From Azolla caroliniana (taxonomy: Eukaryota > Plantae > Polypodiophyta), in the NCBI GenBank assembly GCA_043228905.1, contig JBHGNT010000004.1, forward strand, positions 3,782,001 through 3,846,000: DNA of 64,000 bases, in the 5' to 3' direction. A program made the position numbers and the translations under genes. Each line of letters opens with the position of its first letter. Positions within the stretch are counted from its first letter, which is position 1. Below are positions 1 through 11,675 of this stretch, piece after piece. Under the pieces are notes generated by a model. That model had not been told where the DNA came from, ran no database searches, and saw only the letters and a program-made list of their open reading frames with translations.

Positions 1-243
1 ATAACTGTGTTATCTAATTGTCCATGCTGGTTACATCATATCAACAGTAAAAAGAATCAATTTCAGCTCCTTGCAAGTTCAAACCATTTCAAGGATGACA
101 AGATAATGATCTAGATTATTTTTGTAACTCAAAATAAAATCACAAGACAAACAACAATCATTTCATCTTGCACTGGCACATTAAGAAAGATACAGTAAAC
201 CTTTCATGCTCACTTGCTTTCTCAAATACAGTGTCTAGTTCCA

Positions 244-809
244 TCATTCTGGTTCTATACTCTTCGTGACATTACTTGCTTCAGCAGGTTCCAAATAATC
301 TATTGTACCCTGATTACTATCAAACTGGATATTCTCCAAAGTTGACTCATTTTTATCATCTAACTCTTGTGATTGTGTATCATTGGTACTGTTACTGGCT
401 TCCCTGCTAATCTCATTATGTCGATTCTCAGGAAATAGTGTACCAAACATATCTTTTTCAACCTCCTGTACATCAATAAAGAGCTCCGTAACCGTGGTTG
501 AGGGGACATGAGTTGCTGGCTGTATCTTCATCTGTTGACTTTTGGTGGCTGTAGCACACAAATAAAGATATTGGTTAACCCAATCATGTTGGTCATAAAA
601 TCATCCTCTGCATTTTTTTCTATGAGAAATAAGATGATGTTACCATATCCAGCTAACAATCTGTCAATGTTTTCCATTCGTTTCTGGACAATCCGCAAAC
701 TAGCACTAAGAGAAGCAACACGACTTCGTACACTAGAAAGCTTAGTCGCATGTTGCATTGCAAATGGAAGAGGAGCATCTTCCAACAGTTTATCAAGCTC
801 TGAAAACTT

Positions 810-866
<57 letters not shown>

Positions 867-3800
867 GCTTTTAGAATTGTAATGGATATCCATGCAATCC
901 AGGATTCAGCATAGAGAAGTTCACCGATAACTCGGATATCACACTTGTTAAAACATGGGAGCATGATGCTCAAAGGAATCAAGGTTTAGGAAACTATAAT
1001 GTACACTCTTTGATATGAGCAGAAAATCTAAGACAATGAAGAGGACAATAAGGAGTGGCATGTTAAATTACGAAGGAAATAGAGAAATGTGTGTTGATCA
1101 TAAGAAATGAAGAACATAAATGCTACATATGGCTCAAAATAAAAACACCTAATGATATGGCAACTTTTCTATCGATTGTTTCCATGCGACTTAGCTCACA
1201 TGCATTGCGATGTGCGACAAGGGCGTTGGGGCACAAGTGATGAGAATGGTCAACTATGCACACTTTGCCCTAAACAAGTTCAAGAGTCTGAGTATAACAC
1301 TCCAATACAATGCTTCGCCTTTGATCATGACCATGCTTTCCACATATCTTCGACCAAGCCCAATCCTTGCACGAATTTCTCTCACAACCACATTGTGCAC
1401 TCTCAATTACAACATTTATTGGTAAAGTTCTTGAATATCGAGGGTTGATACTCACTTTCACATGTATTACAAGAAATGTAATATTTTTGGTCTCATAGGT
1501 CATATTTGACCTCTGAAGACGATAATATAATCTTTCTCTCTCTCTCCACTAGTATATTGGGTAAAGGAAGAAGGCATTAATGAAGTTGCCATTGGGAATG
1601 TAGACATCACACTTTTGCTATACACATAAGATGTGCTCTTTGCAAATTCTTTCAAAGATACACAAAAGCAATTGGAGGACTTTCGCATGCATACTAAGCT
1701 AAGTGTCGATTGTCATGACCAAAGCTTCAAGAAGATGTCGGTTTCAAAGAAAAGAAGATAATAACAAAACAAGAATACAAGAATTGGATTACCCAAAGAC
1801 CAAGATGACAAGGGTGCTGAAGACTTGCGTTGAACCAAAATGGTTCAGCACCAAGTAGATCTTCCACTTATATAGCATTCATAAAATCACCCATGATCGC
1901 CACTTGGCATATATGTTGTGTGCCACTTGGCATATATGCATGCCATTCGGCAGTCATCCATTGTGTTCAATGCCACGTTACTCTAAATAATAATAATTTG
2001 AATTAAAAATTTGTTAATTAAAATAAGTGGGTGTGATGGTTTGAGTGTAAGACTCTTGTTTAACGGTTACAGGTTCGAGTTTTGATATTCACATTTTGTT
2101 ACATCGATAGCTCTGAAAGGAAGATAATGCTTGTAAAGAGCCAAAATAAGGCTAAACCACACATTATGTACAATAAAGTGCCACTTGAAACCGTGGAAAG
2201 TTTTAAATACCTTGGCCTCGACGTTCCCTCAAAACATAGATGTTTTGAATGTGCTACCCACAACTTATACGCACGAAAGAGAGCAATGGTAGAGAAATAT
2301 AATTTGGGTTCTCAAGAAATGCTTTTTCAACATTGTAGTGACATTGTGCTTCTCTCTAGGGTGAAAGTATGTGATGGTGACATCCTGAAGTCCCGAGGTT
2401 CACTTTGAAAGAGTTTGAAAATGTTCAAAAGCATTTCCTTAATGAAGTTTCTCCAAGTCAAGAAACAAATGTCATATGCCCGTCTACTTCTTGAGATTGG
2501 ATAACTTCCCGCTAAGACTCATGGCCATACAAAGCGTTGTTGTGTTCATGCTTAAGGTTCAAAAAAGTCCCTCACATCAACTTCCTCAAATCACATGGAA
2601 GCAAGTGAAAAGATCCAAAAGACACATGAAAACAAAATTTTCTGTTGCAATTGGATGCAAGAGATAAAAAAATGGTTTGGAAGATGGGATGCAACACACT
2701 TGTTTCATGATGCATCGATAGACTCCTATGTGAACAAGGACTTTTTGCAACACCAATGTATATAACATGGGGAAAACGTGGAATACACTTCATGCATTAT
2801 ACTCCATATGCTGCACGTAACTACAAAATCATATTTTTTGCCAAATAGGGAAACAACACCTGTTGATACATGTTAGAGCCCATTCAGTAATCCACTATCC
2901 AAACCATTGCTTCCACACAACTAAATTCATACTCACTTTGATGTGAGACGAGATGTTAGGGCACAAGTGATGAGACTACTTGACTATGCACACTTTGCCC
3001 TAAACAAATTGGGGAACACCACATTTTGATACAATGCTCTGCCTATGATCACATTCGACTACGCTTTCCACGCATCTTCAACCCAACCCACCTTTCACTA
3101 ATTTCTCTCGCAATCATAGTGTGCACTCTCAATTGTGACATTCATTAGTAATGTTCTTGAACATCAAGAGTCACTACTCACATTCACATGTATTACATAA
3201 AAACATTATATTTTTGTCTCATAGGTTATATTTGACTATTAAAGACAAAAATAGAATCTATCTATTTATCTAAGAAATATAAGCCTCAAGACAAGCAGGA
3301 TTTTGGAGGGCCTTCAATACTACCGACCACATCCTTACATGACGTTGATTGTTAATGACATAATCGTGGTCTCTAACTCTCATATAGGTTTGCAACATCA
3401 CCTCAATGTCCTGCCCGATACTTACCACAAAACAACACTCACAATAAATCTAGGAAAGCTTGAGACCATGATCTTGCACACATCCATGCCGATTAGTCGA
3501 GAAGGTTTATTCACCCTATCACGAGGGTAAGTTGAAGCAATCAATTCTTATGTATATCTATGAGTCACATTTACAAGCACAAATGAGCACTTCTCCATGA
3601 CCCAAGACACCAAAGATCAACTCATTCAAGGCTATGATACTCTAGCCCTGCTCAAATGACTGTGCCACCAAGCAAACTTCCAAAAGCCATATGCTAAAGT
3701 ATGGTTATTTGACAACATGGATAAGTACCTTGACCTTTTATTTTTGTTTTAGTATAGATAACATGAATTCACCCATATTTGTAATCATGATTTGTCTCAC

Positions 3801-5028
3801 AAACCAATTTTGGCCTCTAGAAGTTAATATATCATTCCGTTCTTTCTCTCTCTCTCTCTTTTCTAGCAGGTTTAGATTGAAAAACTATCTCTTATGATCA
3901 TGGAAATTTTGTTGACTTCTACATTTCATTTTGAGAGGATAACTCACTTTAAATCCTTAATATCCATCAAATTTCAAGATTACTGCTATTAGGTTTAAGA
4001 AACTACTGCTATTAAAATTTATTAAAATACAGAAAGGGTGTGAGACTTTATTCTAATTTCTCTTTAAAATGCAAAATAAAACTAATGTTGAACCATAAGA
4101 CATAAATATATCATCACCTCTCTTATATTAGCGTTGTATCTCAACAGTAAGATAAGTCTTTAACCACCCATACATGCAGGTTCAAACTCACTAATTGCAC
4201 GACGTTTACTCAATGCAGCTACAATGTAATGTCGAACACACAACCTTCTGCTGTCTGCTGGACAATCTTACTACTAGGACACAGCCCTAATAGTTAGTGG
4301 TAACCCAAGTTTTCACCGGCCCATGCACTTTGGATTAAAATCTCATCACCACTACTACTTTCCTATATGCCACAGCAGAATGTATGGGTTGAATGCACGA
4401 CCTTCTGACCTCTGCCAGACGAGAACCTTACAAACCGAGCTACAATAATCTCTTTCTCCCCCCCAATCCCCCATGCACCTTTATGGAACCATGTCGCCAA
4501 ACGAACATTTCACCACATTTAGCAGAAAATAAAGTGTAGAAAGTTTAGGCAAATCCAAGAAGAAGGAAGGAAGGTACCTCTAGTGAGCCGATCAATGCTA
4601 CTAGCCAAAATGCTCTGGCTTTTTAAACAACCCTCAACACCTGCGTCGAAGTTGTTCATAACCGGACCCATGATACAGGCTATTCCTCTTGCCACATCTT
4701 CAAGAGGAGGTTTCCTGTTCATTTTCTGTGAATCTGCATCAGGTACGGAGGTTTCATCTTCCTTAGCTCCTGAAGGCGTAGGATCTGTTTCAGAACATAC
4801 AAAGGATTGTTGGCGGAGTTCCTCTGCGTCTCTCTGAGCTTGGGTATCAGACAACAACAACACATCCAACGAAGAAGAAGGTGATGGAGATGAGGATGAG
4901 AATGGTGCAGATGTGCTGTTTTCATGATCTTCAGGTGTTTGAGATTCGTTGGATAATGAGGAAAGAGGAGGCAGATGATCAGTCGAATCAGGAGGAGGAG
5001 GAGGAGGAGGAGGAGCTTCCTCCGCCAT
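244..5028 (-). CDS. SNAPIN: SNAPIN / BLOC-1 subunit 7-like protein, 3 exons (5028-4578, 799-644, 548-244), 303 aa
   Basis: GT-AG junctions in phase (912 nt in total). The spliced core ARGIACIMGPVMNNFDAGVEGCLKSQSILASSIDRLTR-ELDKLLEDAPLPFAMQHATKLSSVRSRVASLSASLRIVQKRMENIDRLL matches the plant snapin motif ELDxLLExAPLPF..QHA. Low-complexity N- and C-terminal extensions. Confidence 0.88.
814..863. repeat. (CT)n microsatellite near the SNAPIN intron 1 acceptor
   Basis: Perfect CT run of about 25 units. Confidence 0.95.
1180..1530 (+). mobile_element. LINE 3'-end fragment, a diverged copy of ~2920-3260
   Basis: Aligns with 2930-3250 (gggcacaagtgatgaga...actatgcacactttgccctaaacaa...tctcataggt(c/t)atatttgac). 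Confidence 0.6.
2100..3720 (+). mobile_element. Degenerate non-LTR retrotransposon (LINE) RT C-terminal fragments in SNAPIN intron 1
   Basis: The peptide PLETVESFKYLG is the late RT-domain motif. A second fragment reads TLTINLGKLETMI at 3430-3560. Many stops and frameshifts. Confidence 0.65.
4128..4444. mobile_element. Cluster of tRNA-derived (SINE-like) units: + units at ~4128-4195 and ~4283-4345, - unit at ~4368-4444
   Basis: A-box/B-box-like motifs (ggttcaaactc on +; tgtagctcggtttgtaagg...gcattcaaccc on -). The - unit is homologous to 47287-47362. Confidence 0.5.
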
Positions 5029-6315
5029 AGCCCGACTCTGCTAACACTGTGAGTCCATTTTTGTAGATATCATCTCCATGTAAGACAAATTTATAAAAAT
5101 AGCCTTCTCTCCCACACACACAACCCTCTCTCTTCCTGATTAATATGAATGAATGAATGAATGAATGAAGACATGATGAGCCATGAATGAATGAATGGCT
5201 CATCATATGCATAGAGTCCTTGCTCCGCTTCATTCGTAAGGACATTCTCACCACCAAGACATGTGTTCAGTTTGGCATGCCCACTCAATGATGTGTCTAC
5301 ACCATTGGGCAATCGGTTTAGACATTGGGACATTAGCACAGTTTAAGTGTCCATGCGTCACAAACTGGCGGCTCGTTCACATTCAGGCCTCAAAACACGT
5401 ATGCATAAAATTGGAAGAAAAAATAGGGACATGCTTAAACACTAAACTTGTAAGGCGGCTATTACAATACATTTTTCTCAATAGATTTAGGTGTCCATGG
5501 ATCACCATGGTGTAAAACTAGAGAAAGTCAACTCATTCACATTTAGGTGTATGTTGAATATTTGTTGGCAACAGCCTCGAAAGGCACATGCATAGGTGAT
5601 GGTTATATATTGGATGATTGTGTGGGAAATTAGTGCCACATCTACACGCCTAAAGCAGCTATTTGAGTACTCGTAAAGAGTCATAATACATCATTCTCAA
5701 ACTATTATCATCATTTCACATTGGTAACCCAAAACTCCAAATTTATGTTTGTGTATATAGATAAAGCTTCATTATGTTACATTTCAAATCATAATTTAAC
5801 ATTCAATTTCTGTGTTTGTCCGTTCAAAACACACTCATTACAATCCCCATTAGATGCAACATCGTCAAAAGACTAGGGTGTTGAAAAGCCATATACCAAC
5901 AATGCTTCAATTTAGTCAACCTACAGAAAAGTTCTCTGCGCTTCATATTCTAACTTTATCACCACGTTACAGCCATGATCATTTCAGCCTACTTACTACA
6001 ATTTTTTATGAAAATAATTAAAATACCACGATTCAAATATTGATGGCCAACTCAGTTTGTATGACCTTGATTATGTATGAAGGATCTATTTCGCATTAGA
6101 TTATTCCCTACTTCATGAGAACACAAGTTTAAATTAGAAATTCAATTGTTCATCGTACATACACAATTAGTCCCTAAACAGCTGAGAAGATGGACATAGA
6201 AGGCTTGTACTCAGAAATGTGATATCTTACTATTTTCTCACATTCAATACAGTTAAGGAAATGAACATTCAAACATCATAACATGTCAGTAAAAAAGTAA
6301 ATATCCCAAGATAAT

Positions 6316-8012
6316 TTATGTTCCTCTTCCATTCCATGTCGTACTAAAAGCATACAATGATACCAACAAGATTGTTATCAAAAGCAACCACCGCAGATAT
6401 CCAGAGCTTTTCTCAGAACCTGTTTTAGCATAAATTTCAGTTCAGAACTTCAAGGATCTCCTGGAATTATAAGTTATAATGTTGAACGAAAAATCTTAAA
6501 ACAGCTTTAAATCATCGCTCTGAATTATAAGAGTGCATTGCATGAAATTTAACTATGTTTCATTCCACTTGTCACAAATTTGTAACTCCAGAATGGAGAA
6601 CTACATTTATTCCAAACATTACTGACAATGACCTAAATGATGTGATATATGTACCACTAAGTTATCGAGATAAAAATGAAAATGGGCAAATTCACATACC
6701 AGCTTGAACTAGTGTGTATTTAAGACCACAACTCCCCTCTAAAACATCTTCATCTTCTTTTGAGTCATATCCCTGGAGAATATTAGTTCACCAATATCAA
6801 TCCCCAAGTGAACTGGCTATATATGGAAAACAACGTGATGATGGAAATTAAATTTTAGAATCACCTCACAGTTTACTTTTGGATCTTTGAGGGAAACATG
6901 TGATGGTAAGTTTGCTTCACACTGCCAGAACACATTCTTACCTATTGACTGGATATTTTTGCACCACACTTCATCTGTGAACTACACAAGCCATGTTTGT
7001 CATGAAAGTTAATCACACTCACAAACAAATGTACCAAATGCTACCAGATATCACCAATCGAGAAAATGTAAAACTTTGAACAAGTATAAAAGATGTTAGT
7101 TTATTTGGAACTGAATAACAACAGTTAATAAACAATAACACGGATAAATAGACAATAAGTAACAGTCAAGCATCATATAAACATTCCTTAAAAAATAGGA
7201 GTGAATAACAAGATTTGATAATGATGATACAAAATAGTACCGTTCCAGTCCTACGTTGATGCATTACAAAACATTACCTTGGTATTCTTCCCCTGTCTAC
7301 TTTCGGCTGCTATGGATTATCATAGGTAGATCTATACAAGCGAAACTAATTTTCAACCTTCCTCGGATTTATGCCAAAAAATCTTTGTGTTCCTGTAGTG
7401 AATCCATATCATCTTCGATGATTGCAAGATTATTCAGAGCTGATGCTTAATAAAAGCGTATTTTTACTGGCTAATAATATGAAAACCTGCCTCTAGAAAA
7501 CCTTTTTTTCCCTTACCAAATATAGTGAAAAATGTATATGTTTCTCTAAATAAAATAAAATTTATATGAGATTTATATACATAGAGAAACTGTTCATATA
7601 TCAAATTTTGGAAACTTAGAAAATTTCTCAAGAACCTAATTAATAACAAATTTAGCATAAGTAATCAACACTTGATAGCTCTCAAGCTCTCAGTTTTGTT
7701 AACCTAAGAGATAGGACGGCAAAAACAAGGTTCCCACTATGCTATCAATGGAAAATTTTAATAATAATAATAGTAAAGACATAAATTTGGTGAAACCTCA
7801 CCAGGATCGTGTAAATGGCAGCCTGTCTCGCAGAGGAGCTGTTTGATAGGAGAAGATCTGCGATATGTTGTATCTTTTCCTTTAGAAAAGGTCAGGGATC
7901 GAATAGACGAGAGGCGTAAAGGCTTCCCATATGGAGAGTAGGAAGCCGAAGAACAGGGACAGAGAAGCCAAAGAACTGTGAGAACGACAGCAGAGAAGAC
8001 GGAGCTTTCCAT
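6316..8012 (-). CDS. SARAF: SARAF/TMEM66-like single-pass membrane protein, 4 exons (8012-7802, 6974-6865, 6772-6700, 6419-6316), 165 aa
   Basis: Signal peptide, then LSSIRSLTFSKGKDTTYRRSSPIKQLLCETGC..DEVWCKN..WQCEANLP..VNCEGYDSKEDEDVLEGSCGLKYTL, which is the 6-Cys SARAF luminal domain (CEGY..SCGLxY). Then TM helix YLRWLLLITILLVSLYAF and a stop. All junctions are GT-AG and in phase (498 nt). Confidence 0.88.
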
Positions 8013-8204
8013 GAGAGGCTACATACAGTCTACTGAAAGAGGGAAGAAACAGACAGCCATTTACTCAGAAGAAGCCATTACCACTTTTTCGAATTATAGG
8101 AAAATGCCCCCCCCCCCCCCTTGACTTTTAACTAATTCCCAAAAAATGCCCCTCCCAACATTTTTTGCCTACCCCCAAGGCCCACATCGTGATTGAGTTA
8201 CTCA

Positions 8205-8239
8205 TTTAGGGCTTAGGGTTTAGGGTTTAGGGTTTAGGG
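8205..8239 (+). repeat. Interstitial plant telomeric repeat (TTTAGGG)x5, one CTTAGGG variant; telo-box array
   Basis: tttagggcttagggtttagggtttagggtttaggg, about 190 bp upstream of the SARAF ATG. Confidence 0.85.
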
Positions 8240-9610
8240 TTTTGACTTGTTGCCCCGCTCATTTCAATATCTCTCTAGTTAATCGGGGCTCCATTGGCCA
8301 ATTTACCTTGCAGACTATCTCGCTAACTATTCGAAGCTTCATCGATTACACGATCCTTTCACGAATTTCTTGTCACAATGGCTCACCTAAGAAGTTGGAA
8401 ACCGCAGATTTATGAAGATTTGGATGATTAGCTCGAGTTTGTCAACTGAGGGTTCACTTAATTTGCATGATGTGTCCCTACGCGTTCTTATAAAAAAAGC
8501 GCATGTTCCCTATGGGTGTATCATTTCCAAATCTAGAACGTTGGTCGTCGTCCAAATGTATATACAAGAAGCAAGCTCATGTAAAATTTGTGTGGAAAAC
8601 CTATTTATTAGGTGGCAGTAACATCACAGGGTTTTTTTAGAGCTTCCATCTTGTATAAAAAGGCTTAGAGTTCGCACATGAAACATGCCTTTAAAGCCAC
8701 CTTTTGCCCCTTGCTCTCACCCATTTCCATCAACAAATAGGCACTTTCTTTCATGTAGCATTTGCACATTAATTAATTGAGAAATGCAAATTTTTTACTT
8801 AGCAATTATTTCTTTAATTGAGACACGCCATATGTTTCTTATCTAGAAATTACTTATTTAATTAAGATAGAACATATTTCTTAGTTGATGTAGTGATTAG
8901 GTGTGTTTTGATGTGGTCATTGTTATTGGGAAGTGAGGAAAATGACCCCCCCCCCCCCCTCTAAGACTTGGTAACAACCCTTAAGAATTGCTTCTCTAGG
9001 GAAACCCGATTCAAAACTAGAGTAAATGGATGAGTTTTGTGATTGACAAGTTTTAAAGTTGGAAGGATTTGTAGAGACAAAAGAAGAGTAAGAGGTGGCG
9101 TGATGTGATTAATAAGTTTTAGTGATGGGAGAACTAGTAAATTATGTCACTATTTTTTATATAATTGGAAGATGGTAGGAAGGATCTTCATAGTAAGCCG
9201 TAAGTAATGATAAAGACATCTATTATGAATGGATATGACATGATACTCCATATGGATTAGGCTTGGCCAAGCACTTTAACATGTGCATGGAGTTCATGGG
9301 TCAATGTATGGACCAAGAGGGCCATAAGAGTTAAAAAGCATTCATATGTGGATGCAATAACATCATGGTGATTCTTGTATTGAGATCACTACAAAGGAAA
9401 TGACGGGAGAAAAGAAGGACACTCAATAATGGCATTGTTCAAACCAAACAAACAAAGTGAAGTTTAATAGCGCTATATGAGAAAAAACAATCCACGAGGA
9501 CATGGAACCATGTTGAATGTGACGAATTATGTCCACTCGTTGTCTCTCTAGTCGAATCAATCTTGAAAACGAAAGAAGGAATGGGGATGAAAAGCCATTG
9601 GAGCTTTACA

Positions 9611-9732
9611 TAGGAATCAACAACTGTTCAGTTTCGGCTTAACCCGGTCGGCCTTGTCCAAGTTGTAATAAGTTAAGCCATAATCGGTTTGACAAATTTC
9701 AAACTTGAACCGAACCTGTTCCTAAATCTTGA
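9611..9732. mobile_element. Degenerate hAT-like MITE (family of 14701-15075 and 50663-50864)
   Basis: taggaatcaacaactgttcagtttcggcttaacccggtcggccttgtccaa closely matches the reverse complement of the 50815-50864 terminus. AACCG subterminal motifs. No clear TSD. Confidence 0.6.
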
Positions 9733-9967
9733 GGTTTAGGAACGGCTTTGGGTACTACTAAACCTTGAGTGACCACGTTTCGTTGTGCAAGTGTTTACAT
9801 GATATGTTTTGGACACCCCTAATGGGTCTACTATCCACATTAGCTTCATATCAATGAGAGCAGGACATTGAACCTTTTTATATACCTAAAAATCAGCACA
9901 AAAGGCCGGGCTAAAAAGGAATGGTGGAGTGTCCACTGACACACACAGGCATGCTTGGGTTCCTTCT

Positions 9968-9978
9968 CCTATATAAAC
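9968..9978 (+). promoter_or_regulatory. TATA box of the His-rich gene, copy 1
   Basis: cctatataaac about 100 bp upstream of ATG 10070. Confidence 0.55.
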
Positions 9979-10069
9979 CTATCCATGGATATTGATCTTC
10001 ACTACAACCCATTCATTCATATACTGTCAACCTCTTCCTCCTCTCCATCTCCAGTAAGCAATACCCATC

Positions 10070-10960
10070 ATGTCCAACCACCGATTGCTAGCCATAATGC
10101 TATTAACTTGCATGCTAATGCCGATCCATCGCAATGCAGAAGCGATGCGAGCTTTACGGCACCATCGTGGTCTGCTAAGCAGTGGCATTGATGATCATGG
10201 TGGGGTTTCTGTGGATGCTACCCATGGAGGTGATCATGATCATGATCATCACCATGGCAATGGCAATGGCGGGCACGGCTCTCCTCCTCCGGTTCACGTG
10301 CGTATCCCGGGGGGTTATATCGACATCCCGGGGGAGGATGTGACCCCATCGGCTCCACTCACCGTCCGTGTCCACGGCCTCTCACCATCCTCTCCCGTGC
10401 ACGTGCACGTTCGAATCCCCGCACATGATTCGTCACCGGTAGTTGTCCGAGCCCGGCCCCGAGAAGAGGACCATGGCGAGCACGGTAATGGTAATGGTCA
10501 TAGTGATGGTCACAATGGACACGATGACCATCATGGCCCCCCAACTAGTCATTATAGTCAATGGCCAGGGATTGTCCTCAGCCCACCCCCAGAAGAGGAG
10601 AACCACAATAACCTTGGTCATGGTAATGATCGTGATGGAGGAGATGAGACTCACGATGGTCATAGTTCCCAAACTAGTCATCATGGACAATCTTCTCTTC
10701 CCGTAGTGGTTCGCGTCCCACCACAAGATGAGAACCATGGTGATCGTGGTCATCAGACTGGTAATGGTGATGGAGGCAACGAGCATCACGACAATCATGA
10801 TTCCCCAACTAGTCATCATGGTCAAGTGTCGCCTGTTGTCGTCATTGTCCGCGTCCCACCCAAGGAAGAGGAGAAACATGGTGATCATGGTCATGATGGA
10901 GGAGACAAGGACCATGAGGGTCAAGGTTCCCCAACTAGTCATCATGGTCAAGAAGGGTGA
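10070..10960 (+). CDS. Secreted His/Gly/Asp-rich repeat protein of unknown family (copy 1), 296 aa, intronless
   Basis: Hydrophobic N-terminal signal peptide, about 44 His by hand count, a Pro/Val core shared with 34857-35321, four ~44-aa repeats ending (P/Q)TSH(H/Y)(G/S)Q, and an upstream TATA box. Confidence 0.85.
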   Translation: MSNHRLLAIMLLTCMLMPIHRNAEAMRALRHHRGLLSSGIDDHGGVSVDATHGGDHDHDHHHGNGNGGHGSPPPVHVRIPGGYIDIPGEDVTPSAPLTVRVHGLSPSSPVHVHVRIPAHDSSPVVVRARPREEDHGEHGNGNGHSDGHNGHDDHHGPPTSHYSQWPGIVLSPPPEEENHNNLGHGNDRDGGDETHDGHSSQTSHHGQSSLPVVVRVPPQDENHGDRGHQTGNGDGGNEHHDNHDSPTSHHGQVSPVVVIVRVPPKEEEKHGDHGHDGGDKDHEGQGSPTSHHGQEG

Positions 10961-11039
10961 CATGGACATCTCACTAATAAGAGGACAGGAAGATCCCTAA
11001 AAGTTCCATCCTTGGGCTATGACTATCTTTAGGTAGCCT

Positions 11040-11675
11040 TCAAATAACTTGTATCTCGTAGTTGAAATCAATGTTAATTTCTTGACCTTAATGTTATTCT
11101 CTTCCTTATTTATTTCTATGATTTCCTCGAAGAAATTATGCTATAGATAATATTTCCAAGTTTCTCTACGCACAGTTGCTTTGACAAGTGAGCTTGAAGT
11201 TAAACCATTAAACACATTGCACGATTCATTTTTCACACATTTCATGAAAAACAGCCCATCCATAGTTTTCTTAGATATACCTTCAAGAATGAGAAGTATA
11301 TTCTCTGCGTTCCATCTTATTCCACTTTTCAACTCTTTCTTTCCCATGAAGAACAAATTTCTATTGCTAATTGTTAGCAAATAAACTAGCTAGAATGTTG
11401 ATGCTTGGAAGTGGATTGATCAAGAGGAAGAAATGTTCATAGAATACATACAACAATTTGAAGACCCAAGGAAGTATTTTCATATGCCCGAGATTTCACA
11501 TTTTAAGAAAGTTTGCACACTTATGACATTGATATTTTTATGTGTCTTGCTTATGGTGCCATTAAGACAAGTTCAGTATGCATTGACTGGAGAGTTTGTA
11601 TAATTTTCATTGTTTTTTATGGGTTTTCACCTTAATTTGAGGTTTCCCATTGGTAATTTAATATATTACTAAAAC
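11040..11675 (+). mobile_element. LINE 3'-end fragment
   Basis: The terminus gggttttcaccttaatttgaggtttcccattggtaat...ttactaaaa matches the reverse complement of 36615-36690. A-rich tail. Confidence 0.55.

Noticed and set aside
10175-11000. Met/Val/Ile/Thr-rich overlapping ORFs (10433-10969 -, 10443-10706 +, 10728-11000 +; likewise 34847-35227 and 34863-35201)
   Set aside because: They are shadow frames of CAT/GAT/GGT codon repeats in the His-rich genes.
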